In this document: piece after piece, positions 1 to 8,881 of the stretch
Layout of the letters: the number at the start of each line of letters is the position of its first letter
How positions within the stretch are numbered: the first letter of the stretch is position 1
Origin: a virus
Lineage: Duplodnaviria > Caudoviricetes
Virus record (IMG/VR): IMGVR_UViG_3300008012_005839
Coordinates: 1 to 25,321 of that record
DNA length: 25,321 bases
Reading direction: 5' to 3' (one strand)
Program-made: the position numbers and the translations under genes
Notes under the pieces: generated by a model
The model's database searches: none
What the model was told of the DNA's origin: nothing
Seen by the model: the letters and a program-made list of their open reading frames with translations, nothing else

Positions 1-717
1 GAAGAAGGTAATATTGATACCTTACGTGGAAAGATTAAACAGTTTGCTTCATCTGTATCACTATCTGGCGGTTACAAAGTCGTCATCTTAGACGAAGCAG
101 ATTATCTTAATCCTCAATCGACTCAACCAGCTCTTCGTGGATTTATCGAAGAATTTTCTGACAATTGTCGATTCATTCTTACATGTAACTTTAAGAATCG
201 TATCATTGAACCACTTCATTCTCGATGTGGTGTTTATGAGTTTAATACTTCTAAAAAAGATATGGTTCCTCTTGCAGAAAAGTTTCTTGGTCGATTAGAG
301 TTTATACTTCAAAACGAAAATGTTGAGTTTAACAAAAAAGTATTAATTGAACTGATTATGAAGTATGCACCAGATTGGCGCAGAATCATAAATGAATGTC
401 AACGTAATTCAATCAGTGGCACATTAAGTTTAGATGCTTTACATACAACATCTAATTATGACGACTTATTTACTTTCTTAAGATCAAAAGACTTTAAAAA
501 GATGAGAGTATGGGTCGCGAATAACATAGATACTGATGCAAGTGCAATATTTAGAGCATTATATGATCGTATGAATGACAAAGTTGAAGCTGCAAGTGTA
601 CCTCAACTCGTACTTATACTTGCTGATTATCAATACAAGAATGCTTTTGTTGCTGATCATGAACTTAATGTTGTTGCTTGTCTAACCGAAGTAATGGCGA
701 ATGTTAGTTTTAAATAG
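1..717 (+). CDS. 44: Clamp loader AAA+ subunit (T4 gp44-like), 5'-truncated by window edge
   Basis: Frame 1 is open from base 1: GNIDTLR, Walker B VVILDEAD, QPALR, RFILTCN, SRC motif (LHSRC), C-terminal ADYQYK..FVAD.ELN. Confidence 0.95.
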   Translation, partial: EEGNIDTLRGKIKQFASSVSLSGGYKVVILDEADYLNPQSTQPALRGFIEEFSDNCRFILTCNFKNRIIEPLHSRCGVYEFNTSKKDMVPLAEKFLGRLEFILQNENVEFNKKVLIELIMKYAPDWRRIINECQRNSISGTLSLDALHTTSNYDDLFTFLRSKDFKKMRVWVANNIDTDASAIFRALYDRMNDKVEAASVPQLVLILADYQYKNAFVADHELNVVACLTEVMANVSFK

Positions 718-1237
718 CAAACCTCTTTTAGCTACAGTTGAGTTAGAATTAGAAGATAGAGATTTCTTAATAGCTAAAATCAGAGAAAAAGCATCAAAAG
801 AACAATCTAAAACAAGCATTAGATTAAATACTGCATACTGTAAAATATATCAGCCTTACAAGTTTAATGAAAATACTTTTGAGAATTGTAGAAACGTATT
901 TTCACAAAAAGTATCAGAAATGATGAAGGGCAGATATAAAGTAAATAGTGACATATGGGGATTAGATTACGAAAATGGTGAAGGTACAGCAATGCATCAT
1001 CATGAAGGACCACATCAAAGATTATCGGCCATATATTACTTAGTTGCAGATGAAGGGTGTGGAAGTTTAGTGTTTCAAAACCCTGATATTGAAATAGAAC
1101 CAAAACCAAATATGTTTGTATTGTTTGATTCCTCTTTAGTGCATGGTGTTTTACCTGCGATAAACGAAGAAGCAAAAAGAACATGTATAGCAATGAACTT
1201 GAGATATTTACATGAACCCATTCGACTATCTGAATAG
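701..1237 (+). CDS. 2OG-Fe(II) oxygenase-like protein
   Basis: HHH.. motif, SAIYYL, GSLVF, LFDSSLVHGV and RTCIAMN typical of phage double-stranded beta-helix oxygenases. Confidence 0.7.
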   Translation: MLVLNSKPLLATVELELEDRDFLIAKIREKASKEQSKTSIRLNTAYCKIYQPYKFNENTFENCRNVFSQKVSEMMKGRYKVNSDIWGLDYENGEGTAMHHHEGPHQRLSAIYYLVADEGCGSLVFQNPDIEIEPKPNMFVLFDSSLVHGVLPAINEEAKRTCIAMNLRYLHEPIRLSE

Positions 1238-1598
1238 TATAAACTGGACAAAGAAAAATATCATGAAAGATGATATTGATGAGAAAGCTTATAATCCATT
1301 TCTTGTAAATCGTACGCTTTCGTATTTCCAAGATACAATTGCTTATGCTAATATCATGAATCAGTATCATCATCTTGATAATCGTTTACAATACGAATTT
1401 TATATAAATATAATCAGACAAAGAAAAAGATTCTCGAAATGGATCAAACCTGAAACCAGCGAGGACATTGAGGTGATTATGGAGTATTATGGATATAGTA
1501 ATGAAAAGGCCAGACAGGCACTCCCACTCCTCAGTTCCGAGCAATTAAAACAAATAAAACAAAAGGTGGATAAAGGTGGACGAAGAACAAATAGTTGA
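1212..1598 (+). CDS. 62: Clamp loader small subunit (T4 gp62-like)
   Basis: F.YLNSIN, YNPFLVNR.LS, RKRFSKW, YYGYSNEKA; lies between gp44 and regA. Confidence 0.93.
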   Translation: MNPFDYLNSINWTKKNIMKDDIDEKAYNPFLVNRTLSYFQDTIAYANIMNQYHHLDNRLQYEFYINIIRQRKRFSKWIKPETSEDIEVIMEYYGYSNEKARQALPLLSSEQLKQIKQKVDKGGRRTNS

Positions 1599-1989
1599 AT
1601 GGACACCAGCTTCAATGCTGGAAGTCATACTAAACGAACCAGACGATTTCCTAAAGGTACGTGAAACACTTACACGTATCGGTGTAGCCTCAAGACAAGG
1701 TAACAAATTATTTCAATCATGTCATATACTTCATAAACAAGGCAGATATTTTATAGTGCATTTTAAAGAACTATTCTTGTTAGATGGACGTAAAGCAAAC
1801 CTAGAAGAAGGTGATATTGCTAGAAGAAATAGTATTGCTACTTTATTAAGTGATTGGGGATTAGTTACAGTTCAAAACCAAGAGCAACTTCAACCAGTTG
1901 CTCCATTGAGACAAATTAAAGTCATATCATTTAAGGAAAAAGATGAATGGGAGCTTTGTGCAAAATACAACATCGGAAATAAACAGTAA
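1576..1989 (+). CDS. regA: Translational repressor RegA
   Basis: PDDFLKVRETLTRIGVAS, QSCHILHKQGRYFIVHFKELF, WEL..KYNIG. Confidence 0.97.
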   Translation: MDEEQIVEWTPASMLEVILNEPDDFLKVRETLTRIGVASRQGNKLFQSCHILHKQGRYFIVHFKELFLLDGRKANLEEGDIARRNSIATLLSDWGLVTVQNQEQLQPVAPLRQIKVISFKEKDEWELCAKYNIGNKQ

Positions 1990-2599
1990 ATTTATAGAAG
2001 ATGTTAGAGCAGGAAAACCTCACTTCTTTGGTAAAATAAACAAAGTCAAAGATTTTTCTTTTATAGATTGGGTTAAACTTATCGAAGGACACCCAAAAGA
2101 TGACCTTAATGGTGAGCAAAAGAAAAAGCTTAAAGTATATAAGTATAAGCAAAACGCAATAGAATTAAGACACTTAGAACGTAGAGATTCCGTGCCTCAA
2201 TGGTTTAAAGACCTGCTACAGCGCATGCGTATTACATTTCATCGGAACCATATTACAGCAATAGGGTTTGGAAGTTTTACTGCAGATGCAGAAAGTTTTA
2301 AAATACACCGCGATAGAATGGACGTAGTATATTTACAAGTTTTAGGTAGGGTGAAATTATCATTGTGGAAACCAACTGTTCCAGTTTCACCATTACACAA
2401 TACTCTTGTATCTCCAGAAGATACATTTAACCCAAAATCAGATTTAGATAAAGCAGAAAAGTTTTGGGAAAGAGTATTTGAACCAGACCAGTTGTTATGG
2501 ATTCCAAGAGGTACGTATCACTATATCGAACCTTTAGAAACTCGATTAGCAATTTCTTTTGGAATTGAGGGTCCTACAAACCCAAAAACGTATATATAG
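1943..2599 (+). CDS. JmjC/cupin-like Fe(II) oxygenase
   Basis: SF..HRD..DV.YLQV.G (HxD), L.IPRGTYH distal His, ISFG. Start codon uncertain. Confidence 0.7.
   Translation: MNGSFVQNTTSEINSKFIEDVRAGKPHFFGKINKVKDFSFIDWVKLIEGHPKDDLNGEQKKKLKVYKYKQNAIELRHLERRDSVPQWFKDLLQRMRITFHRNHITAIGFGSFTADAESFKIHRDRMDVVYLQVLGRVKLSLWKPTVPVSPLHNTLVSPEDTFNPKSDLDKAEKFWERVFEPDQLLWIPRGTYHYIEPLETRLAISFGIEGPTNPKTYI
2591..2598 (+). promoter_or_regulatory. Late-promoter variant TATATATA upstream of hsp20 leader
   Basis: 1 mismatch to T4 late consensus TATAAATA, immediately before the structured leader. Confidence 0.5.
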
Positions 2600-2602
2600 T
2601 AC

Positions 2603-2663
2603 TGTATATGCCGGGTGGTCCGGGTATACACTAACCTTGCTTAAACTTTAGGAGGTAAATATG
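2603..2663 (+). promoter_or_regulatory. ROSE-like RNA thermometer (two hairpins) in hsp20 5' UTR
   Basis: Hairpin 1 TGTATATGCCGG-GTGGT-CCGGGTATACA (2603-2630). Hairpin 2 ACCTTGCT...AGGAGGT (2634-2656), with UUGCU pairing to the SD and a bulged G. Confidence 0.7.
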
Positions 2664-3128
2664 ACAGGCGTTAGAAGCTTATTCCCACGCGCAAGTTTTG
2701 TTGGCTTTGATCATTTCTTAGCAGAAGTAGATATGGCTGCGAAACAAGCAAAAGATAACTATCCCCCACACAACATTGTCAAATACACAGATGATGATTA
2801 TCATATTGAGTTAGCCGTTGCTGGTTTCTCTCAAGATGAGTTGAATGTTGACGTGAAGGATAGAACCCTTACCGTAACAGGTGAGCATCAAACTAGAGGC
2901 CGAGAATTTATTCATAGAGGTATCTCAACGAAAAAATTCAAGCGTGTCTTTAGGCTGTCCGAGTACACACAAGTAGTTGGAGCCGATCTAGTGGATGGAA
3001 TACTGGTCATCAAATTGAAAGTAGTCGTCCCAGAAGATCAGCGTCCTCGTAGTATTGAAATTAAAAAACATGACAATTACGAGGAGATAATTAATGAAAA
3101 CACTTCAGAAAAGACTGCAACGTCTTGA
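2661..3128 (+). CDS. hsp20: Small heat shock protein Hsp20/IbpA family
   Basis: VGFD, YPPHNI, IELAVAGF, FIHRGIS...F.R.F.L, A.L.DGILVI; SD AGGAGG. Confidence 0.95.
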   Translation: MTGVRSLFPRASFVGFDHFLAEVDMAAKQAKDNYPPHNIVKYTDDDYHIELAVAGFSQDELNVDVKDRTLTVTGEHQTRGREFIHRGISTKKFKRVFRLSEYTQVVGADLVDGILVIKLKVVVPEDQRPRSIEIKKHDNYEEIINENTSEKTATS

Positions 3129-3216
3129 TACTGAAACTGTAGGGTATGTACAATCAGGCGTCATTATTGGCGTGATTGCTTCACTACCTTATTGGTTTTT
3201 AACAACAGTATTATAA
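3094..3216 (+). CDS. 40-aa single-pass membrane peptide (not in ORF track)
   Basis: SD GAGGAG at 3081-3086, ATG 3094; MKTLQKRLQRLDTETVGYVQSGVIIGVIASLPLLVLTTVL. Confidence 0.6.
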   Translation: MKTLQKRLQRLDTETVGYVQSGVIIGVIASLPYWFLTTVL

Positions 3217-3227
3217 GATAAAAGCAC

Positions 3228-3257
3228 GTGGCAGTCAGGCAGTTGTTTGGCTGCCAC
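3228..3257 (+). terminator. GC-rich RNA hairpin (terminator or processing/stability element)
   Basis: GTGGCAGTCAGGC-AGTT-GTTTGGCTGCCAC, 13-bp stem with three G-U pairs; no strong U-tract. Confidence 0.45.
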
Positions 3258-3269
3258 ACTTGGAATATT

Positions 3270-3962
3270 ATGAAAGCATATCTGATTATGGATTTTGATA
3301 ATCCAGTATCCGTCGCATACTCTAAAATGTCTATAGAATCTTTTAAATGTGTAGAAGATTTGATAGAGATTATTCCTATTCAATGTACTAAACCAAAAGA
3401 TCTCGTTTGGATCGATGAAGTCGATCAATGGGGAGTAGGTCCTATGATTGAAATAGAAGGACTTAAATTTTCTTTTTGGCCTCATCAAGTAATAAGAAGT
3501 GGAGATAGAAATTGGACAGAAATAGAAAAAGCAGTTGTTGTAAGTCATTTAAAACTCATGTTAAAAGAAGAGCAAGAACGATTTATTATTATGGAACATG
3601 ATGCTTATCTAACAGATGAAGAAAAATTTAGAAGTGATTTCAAAAGAATGACGAACTATGCAATATGGATGCCTGGAATTGCAATGGAATGTTATTCAAT
3701 AAGCAATAAATTTAAAGACTATATGAAATGGTTTATTGTAGAAAAGAACTGGAACACTTTTGCTGGTGGACCTATGAATTACATAGAAAAAATTTCAAGA
3801 GAATGGAAAAGATTGTGGCCAAAAGATGGAAGGAAAAACTTATTAACAGATAATTCATCTGCACCAGTAACTCAAATTTACTCTAAATCGTTAGGAGTAA
3901 CAATAGATCATTTATTACCAGACAAATATGCGGAGCAACCAAATCTTTTTATCATTGATTAA
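3270..3962 (+). CDS. Glycosyltransferase family 25-like protein
   Basis: MKAYLI N-terminus, E..V..SH..L, IIMEHDA acidic motif. ATG 3270 preferred to the GTG at 3228, which lies in the hairpin. Confidence 0.55.
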   Translation: MKAYLIMDFDNPVSVAYSKMSIESFKCVEDLIEIIPIQCTKPKDLVWIDEVDQWGVGPMIEIEGLKFSFWPHQVIRSGDRNWTEIEKAVVVSHLKLMLKEEQERFIIMEHDAYLTDEEKFRSDFKRMTNYAIWMPGIAMECYSISNKFKDYMKWFIVEKNWNTFAGGPMNYIEKISREWKRLWPKDGRKNLLTDNSSAPVTQIYSKSLGVTIDHLLPDKYAEQPNLFIID

Positions 3963-3991
3963 TGTACTTTTAATTTTACTTGTGGTAGAAT
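3963..3991 (+). promoter_or_regulatory. Sigma70-like early promoter for gp43
   Basis: TGTACT-N17-TAGAAT with TGTGG extended -10. Confidence 0.75.
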
Positions 3992-3998
3992 AGGGACT

Positions 3999-6482
3999 AT
4001 GAAATATTATACAAGTGTCGAACGTCAAGCAAATACTATCTTGCTTCGCGGTTATAAAGATGGTAGAAGACACATCGAAAGAATACCTTTCAAACCTGTA
4101 TTATATCCAGTCAATCCATCAGTTCAATCAGAATGGAAATCAATTAACGGTAAAAACGTAGAACCAGTTACATTCGAAACGATGAGTGAAGCAAATAACT
4201 TCATCAAACGTTATGAACATGTAGACGGTATTGAAATCCATGGTCAAAACAATTTCATCTTTCAATTTATCACAAATGTTTGGCCAGAAGAAATCAAATT
4301 TAATCGTGACGAGATAAACGTTACAACCATCGATATCGAGGTAGAATCAGAAGAAGGTTTCCCTATTCCCGAAGAAGCAAACTATCCTCTTATTTCAATC
4401 ACAACTAAAAATAATAAGGACAACAAATATCACGTATTTGGTATGCGAGATTATAATGTAACTCGCGATGATGTTGTATATCACCAATATGATACTGAAT
4501 TTGATATGCTCGATAACTTTCTAAAGTTTTGGAATGATCCTGATTATATGCCAGATGTAGTTACTGGTTGGAACGTAGAATATTTCGATTTAACATATCT
4601 CGCGAACAGAATATCAAAAGTTATTGGTCCTCAATCAATAAAAAGACTATCACCTTGGGGTATAATGCCAAGATTGGAAGCTGGTATAGATCGCGGACAA
4701 CAAGTAACTTATTGTAAGATTAATGGTTTGCAAATACTTGATTATCAAAAATCATTTAAAAAGTTTTGCTTAAACACGTATGGTCAACAAGAATCTTATC
4801 GTCTAGATCACATTGCACACGTTGTATTGGACGAAAGAAAATTATCATACGAAGAGTTTGGTTCCCTTAACAACTTATATAAAGAAGATTATCAGAAGTT
4901 TATCGACTATAATATTCGAGACGTCGAACTCGTTGATCGTTTAGAAGAGAGATTGGGTCTTATTACTTTGATCATGACGATGGCATATAAAGCTGGTGCA
5001 AATTATGTCGATACCTTTGGAACTACAAACATTTGGGATTCAATCATCTATCGAATGTTGAATAAAGAAAAAGTCGCTGTTCCATTTAAAAGCGAGAAAG
5101 TAAAAACACCATTCGCTGGTGGCTATGTAAAAGAACCTCATGTCGGTGGTCATGATTGGATATGCTCTTTCGATTTAAATTCACTTTATCCTAATATTAT
5201 CGTTCAATGGAATATGAGTACTGAAACGGTGATAGATGGTTATGAAAATGATATTAGTGTAAGTAAAGCGCTTGATGGATTATTTCCAGATACAGGTGAT
5301 TATACACTTGCCCCTTCTGGTGTAAGATTTAGAAAGGATATAGAAGGCGTTATTCCAAGAATCATTCGTCAATATTATGATGATAGAGTAGTGATCAAAA
5401 ATGAGATGATCAAAGCTCAAATAGAATATGAAAAAGCTACTACTAAAAAATTGAGAGATGAAATTGATGCTCTCAATAATCATCAGATGGCGATTAAGAT
5501 TTTGATGAACTCTCTTTATGGTGCACTTGGTAACAAATACTTTAGGTATTTTGATCAACGTGTAGCCGAATCTGTTACTCTTACTGGTCAGTTAGCAATC
5601 CAATGGGCAGAAAAAGCAGTTAACGATGAAATAAACAAGATGTTTAAAACAGACAAAGATTATGTTGTCGCAATCGATACAGATTCTCTGTATGTTAAAA
5701 TGGATGCATTTGTAAAACAATTTAAACCAAACAATCCAGTTAAATTTCTCGATGAAGTTTGCATCAAATTAGAAGATACTCTAGAAAATGCTTATCAAAA
5801 TCTTCATGATAAACTCAATTGCCTAGATAATCGAATGGTTATGAAACGAGAAGTTATCGCTGATCGTGGTGTATGGATTGCAAAGAAAAGATATATTCTA
5901 AATGTACACAATTCTGAAGGTGTGCAATATGCTAAGCCTAAACTCAAGATGATGGGTATAGAAGCAGTTAAATCCTCTACTCCTCAAATATGTCGAAAAT
6001 ACTTTAAAGATATATTCAAAACTATTCTTACTGGTTCTCAAAGCGACATGCAAAAAGAGATTGAAAGATATGAAGAACATTTCAAATCTCTTCCAGCTGA
6101 TGAAGTCGCGTTTCCTCGAGGTGTTAGCAACATAACCAAATTTACTCGAAGAGCTGCACCTGGTTATGCAAAAGGAACACCTATACATGTAAGAGGTTCT
6201 ATCTTGTTTAATCAACTTATAAAAGAAAAAGGATTATCGACTCAGATCGAAGAGATTAAAAACGGAACCAAAATTAAATTCGCGTATATGAAAAAACCAA
6301 ATCCTATTAATGAAAACGTTATTGCCTTTCCTCATGGTTTGCCTAAAGAATTTGGTTTAGATAATTATATTGATTATGAACTACAGTTTGAAAAAACTTT
6401 CTTAGAACCACTCGAACCGATAGCAGAAGCGATAGGATGGAAATTAAAAGAAGTTGCAACGCTAGAAGATTTTTTTATATAA
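3999..6482 (+). CDS. 43: Family B DNA polymerase (T4 gp43-like)
   Basis: ExoI DIEVE, ExoII GWN..YFD, ExoIII YNIRD, SFDLNSLYP, KILMNSLYGALGN, IDTDS, KKRY. Confidence 0.98.
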   Translation: MKYYTSVERQANTILLRGYKDGRRHIERIPFKPVLYPVNPSVQSEWKSINGKNVEPVTFETMSEANNFIKRYEHVDGIEIHGQNNFIFQFITNVWPEEIKFNRDEINVTTIDIEVESEEGFPIPEEANYPLISITTKNNKDNKYHVFGMRDYNVTRDDVVYHQYDTEFDMLDNFLKFWNDPDYMPDVVTGWNVEYFDLTYLANRISKVIGPQSIKRLSPWGIMPRLEAGIDRGQQVTYCKINGLQILDYQKSFKKFCLNTYGQQESYRLDHIAHVVLDERKLSYEEFGSLNNLYKEDYQKFIDYNIRDVELVDRLEERLGLITLIMTMAYKAGANYVDTFGTTNIWDSIIYRMLNKEKVAVPFKSEKVKTPFAGGYVKEPHVGGHDWICSFDLNSLYPNIIVQWNMSTETVIDGYENDISVSKALDGLFPDTGDYTLAPSGVRFRKDIEGVIPRIIRQYYDDRVVIKNEMIKAQIEYEKATTKKLRDEIDALNNHQMAIKILMNSLYGALGNKYFRYFDQRVAESVTLTGQLAIQWAEKAVNDEINKMFKTDKDYVVAIDTDSLYVKMDAFVKQFKPNNPVKFLDEVCIKLEDTLENAYQNLHDKLNCLDNRMVMKREVIADRGVWIAKKRYILNVHNSEGVQYAKPKLKMMGIEAVKSSTPQICRKYFKDIFKTILTGSQSDMQKEIERYEEHFKSLPADEVAFPRGVSNITKFTRRAAPGYAKGTPIHVRGSILFNQLIKEKGLSTQIEEIKNGTKIKFAYMKKPNPINENVIAFPHGLPKEFGLDNYIDYELQFEKTFLEPLEPIAEAIGWKLKEVATLEDFFI

Positions 6483-6486
6483 AGCA

Positions 6487-6515
6487 TGTACAATCACATT
6501 CATTTGTGATAGGAT
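6487..6515 (+). promoter_or_regulatory. Sigma70-like early promoter
   Basis: TGTACA-N17-TAGGAT with TGTGA extended -10. Confidence 0.65.
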
Positions 6516-6521
6516 ATAATA

Positions 6522-7088
6522 ATGGAAATAGACTTATCTCACTTAAAACCACCGAGATCTGACGGTTGGGGTTTTTTACCACCAACGCAAGAAATCTTTA
6601 ATATTTTTGAAGAGGTTAAACAGATTGCAGTACCATATAAAATTATGGAAATTGGTTTTAATGCTGGTCATTCTACGACATATCTTTTAGAAATATTTCC
6701 AGAATCAGAAATACATTCAATTGGACCATCGCCTAAACATGGTAACCAAAATGTAATTAGAGGAATATATGATGATAGATTTAAATTCTATCAAATGACG
6801 ACTGAAGCATTAAGAGATACGGGATTTAAAGAAAAGTTTGATTTAGGTTTTATAGATGGTCACCATTCTATAGAATGTGCTAGTCTTGATATAGACTATT
6901 GTATAAATTATTTAAATTGTGATTATGTACTGATTGATAATATGGAAAGAAATGATGTTAAAAAAGCAGTACACCAATATAATCAACAATTAGAATTAGT
7001 AAAACACTATACTTATGTTAACACTTGGAAAGGTAAAACTAAAGTATTAGAAATGGATTTTTATCATGTACTTCGTAACAGTATTTAA
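6522..7088 (+). CDS. Class I SAM-dependent methyltransferase (Methyltransf_24-like)
   Basis: MEIGFNAGHST motif I, FDLGFIDGHH, LIDN. Confidence 0.8.
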   Translation: MEIDLSHLKPPRSDGWGFLPPTQEIFNIFEEVKQIAVPYKIMEIGFNAGHSTTYLLEIFPESEIHSIGPSPKHGNQNVIRGIYDDRFKFYQMTTEALRDTGFKEKFDLGFIDGHHSIECASLDIDYCINYLNCDYVLIDNMERNDVKKAVHQYNQQLELVKHYTYVNTWKGKTKVLEMDFYHVLRNSI

Positions 7089-8022
7089 AAATACTTTTGA
7101 TAATAAAACTCATAAGACACATGAATGTGCTAACATTGATGAGTTTATTAAATTATTGAAAGCAGCATCGATGCTTCCTGGCCAAAAAGGTGGACCAATG
7201 TCCTCACCGTTGTTATCGATGGCAGTGTATAAAGAAGGTACAACAAGATCTAACGATAATGTTGAAAAATGGTCAAGATGGGTAGCTGTCGACGTTGATG
7301 AATTAGAACCTGATGAAAACTATGCAGAAAATCCATTAGGTTGGTTAAAAGATAAACTGAATGAAATCATTGGTGATTATCATTATATTGTATATTCTAC
7401 TGCTTCTAGTAGAACAGAACAACCAAAGTTTAGAATTGTATTTCCTCTTACAGATGAAATTGAACGAGATCGTATCAAACATTTTTGGTTTGCCCTGAAT
7501 ACAGAAATAGAAGGATTAGCAGATAAGCAAACAAAAGACTTATCTCGAATGTTTTATGTTCCAGCTGTTTATCCTGGAGCATATAACTTTTTCTTTATAA
7601 ATGAATCAGATAGATATATAAATCCTGACGAATTAATGGCTAAACACCATTATGAAGAAAAACAAGGTAAATCATTTTTAGACCGATTACCAGAAGCATT
7701 AAGAAAAGAAGTAGTAGAGTATAGAAAAAGTCAACTTAACAACACTGACATTAAGTGGACTAGCTATGCTGACTGTCCTTTTTTTCCTAAACAACTTGGC
7801 ACTGAATATAGAACAATAACAGGAACAGGTTGGTATCATAAGATGTATCAAATCATGATTGCTATTGCTGGTAATGCGATCAAAAGAGAATATCCTATCA
7901 CGAGTAAAGAAATTGCAGAAATGTGCAGACAACTTGATCGTGAGACGGGTAATTGGTATGAAAACAGACCGCTTGAGAGGGAAGCCGATCGAGCTTTAGA
8001 ATGGGTATACAAAAATGGATAA
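7066..8022 (+). CDS. Archaeo-eukaryotic primase (AEP/PrimPol)-like protein
   Basis: hhhDhD (VAVDVD), YSTAS, KFRIVFPL, D...KD.SR.FY, helical C-terminal domain. Confidence 0.6.
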   Translation: MYFVTVFKNTFDNKTHKTHECANIDEFIKLLKAASMLPGQKGGPMSSPLLSMAVYKEGTTRSNDNVEKWSRWVAVDVDELEPDENYAENPLGWLKDKLNEIIGDYHYIVYSTASSRTEQPKFRIVFPLTDEIERDRIKHFWFALNTEIEGLADKQTKDLSRMFYVPAVYPGAYNFFFINESDRYINPDELMAKHHYEEKQGKSFLDRLPEALRKEVVEYRKSQLNNTDIKWTSYADCPFFPKQLGTEYRTITGTGWYHKMYQIMIAIAGNAIKREYPITSKEIAEMCRQLDRETGNWYENRPLEREADRALEWVYKNG

Positions 8023-8881
8023 AAATAAATTAAGAATTGGTATAGTAGGTCATGGCTTTGTAGGTAGAGCAGTTGATTATGGCTTTGAAGTACGTAATGT
8101 TGAAAAGTTTTACGTTGATCCTAAATATGATACAAATATAGATGATCTCGTAGAATGGAAACCTAACTTAAGTTTTATATGTGTTCCTACTCCAATGATG
8201 AATGATGGAACCATTGATGCAACTTCAGTTTATGATTCAGTATTTAAATTATTAAATCATGTTGATGGTGGTATTGTGATTAAATCAACGATTACACCAG
8301 AAGTTGTTGAAAGATTAGTTAAAAAAGCTGGAACACAAACTAAAATGAAAAAGCTTGTGTACAATCCAGAGTTTCTTACAGAAAAAAATGCAGAAGAGCA
8401 ATTTATTAATCCTAAATATCAAATTTTAGGTGGTCATAGAGAATCTACTGCGTCTGTACAAGAGATGTTCAGAACATATTCTAATGTAAATCGATGTGAA
8501 TTTCATCACATGGGTTTATTAGAAGCAAGCTTTGTTAAATATGCTTTAAATTGCTACTTAGCAACTAAAGTTACATTTTTCAATCAATTATATGATACAT
8601 GTCAAATGACAGGTTCTAACTTTAATATCATTACAAGAGCAATTGCTGCAGATGAAAGAGTTGGAAACACTCATATGAAAGTTCCTGGTTATGACAAAAA
8701 ACGAGGATATGGAGGTGCATGTTTCCCAAAAGATGTAAAAGCATTTATGCATTTTGCTGAAGGAAATATGTCGCTCCTAAAAGAAGTAGACCGTATTAAT
8801 AACAATTATCGTAAAGATTACGACAAAGATGAAAGAGAGGTGGCCCAAAATGTCAATTATGGACAAACTGAAAAAGAATAG
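8015..8881 (+). CDS. ugd: UDP-glucose/GDP-mannose 6-dehydrogenase (short form)
   Basis: IVGHGFVG, ICVPTP, IKST, YNPEFL, KY..N..LA.KV.F.N, catalytic GYGGACFPKD. Confidence 0.85.
   Translation: MDKNKLRIGIVGHGFVGRAVDYGFEVRNVEKFYVDPKYDTNIDDLVEWKPNLSFICVPTPMMNDGTIDATSVYDSVFKLLNHVDGGIVIKSTITPEVVERLVKKAGTQTKMKKLVYNPEFLTEKNAEEQFINPKYQILGGHRESTASVQEMFRTYSNVNRCEFHHMGLLEASFVKYALNCYLATKVTFFNQLYDTCQMTGSNFNIITRAIAADERVGNTHMKVPGYDKKRGYGGACFPKDVKAFMHFAEGNMSLLKEVDRINNNYRKDYDKDEREVAQNVNYGQTEKE

Noticed and set aside
1403-1410. TATAAATA inside gp62
   Set aside because: Falls in Tyr-Ile-Asn-Ile codons far from a start; expected by chance in AT-rich DNA, though a late regA promoter cannot be excluded
3228-3269. 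GTG-started N-terminal extension of the GT25-like ORF
   Set aside because: Coincides with the RNA hairpin; ATG 3270 gives a family-typical start
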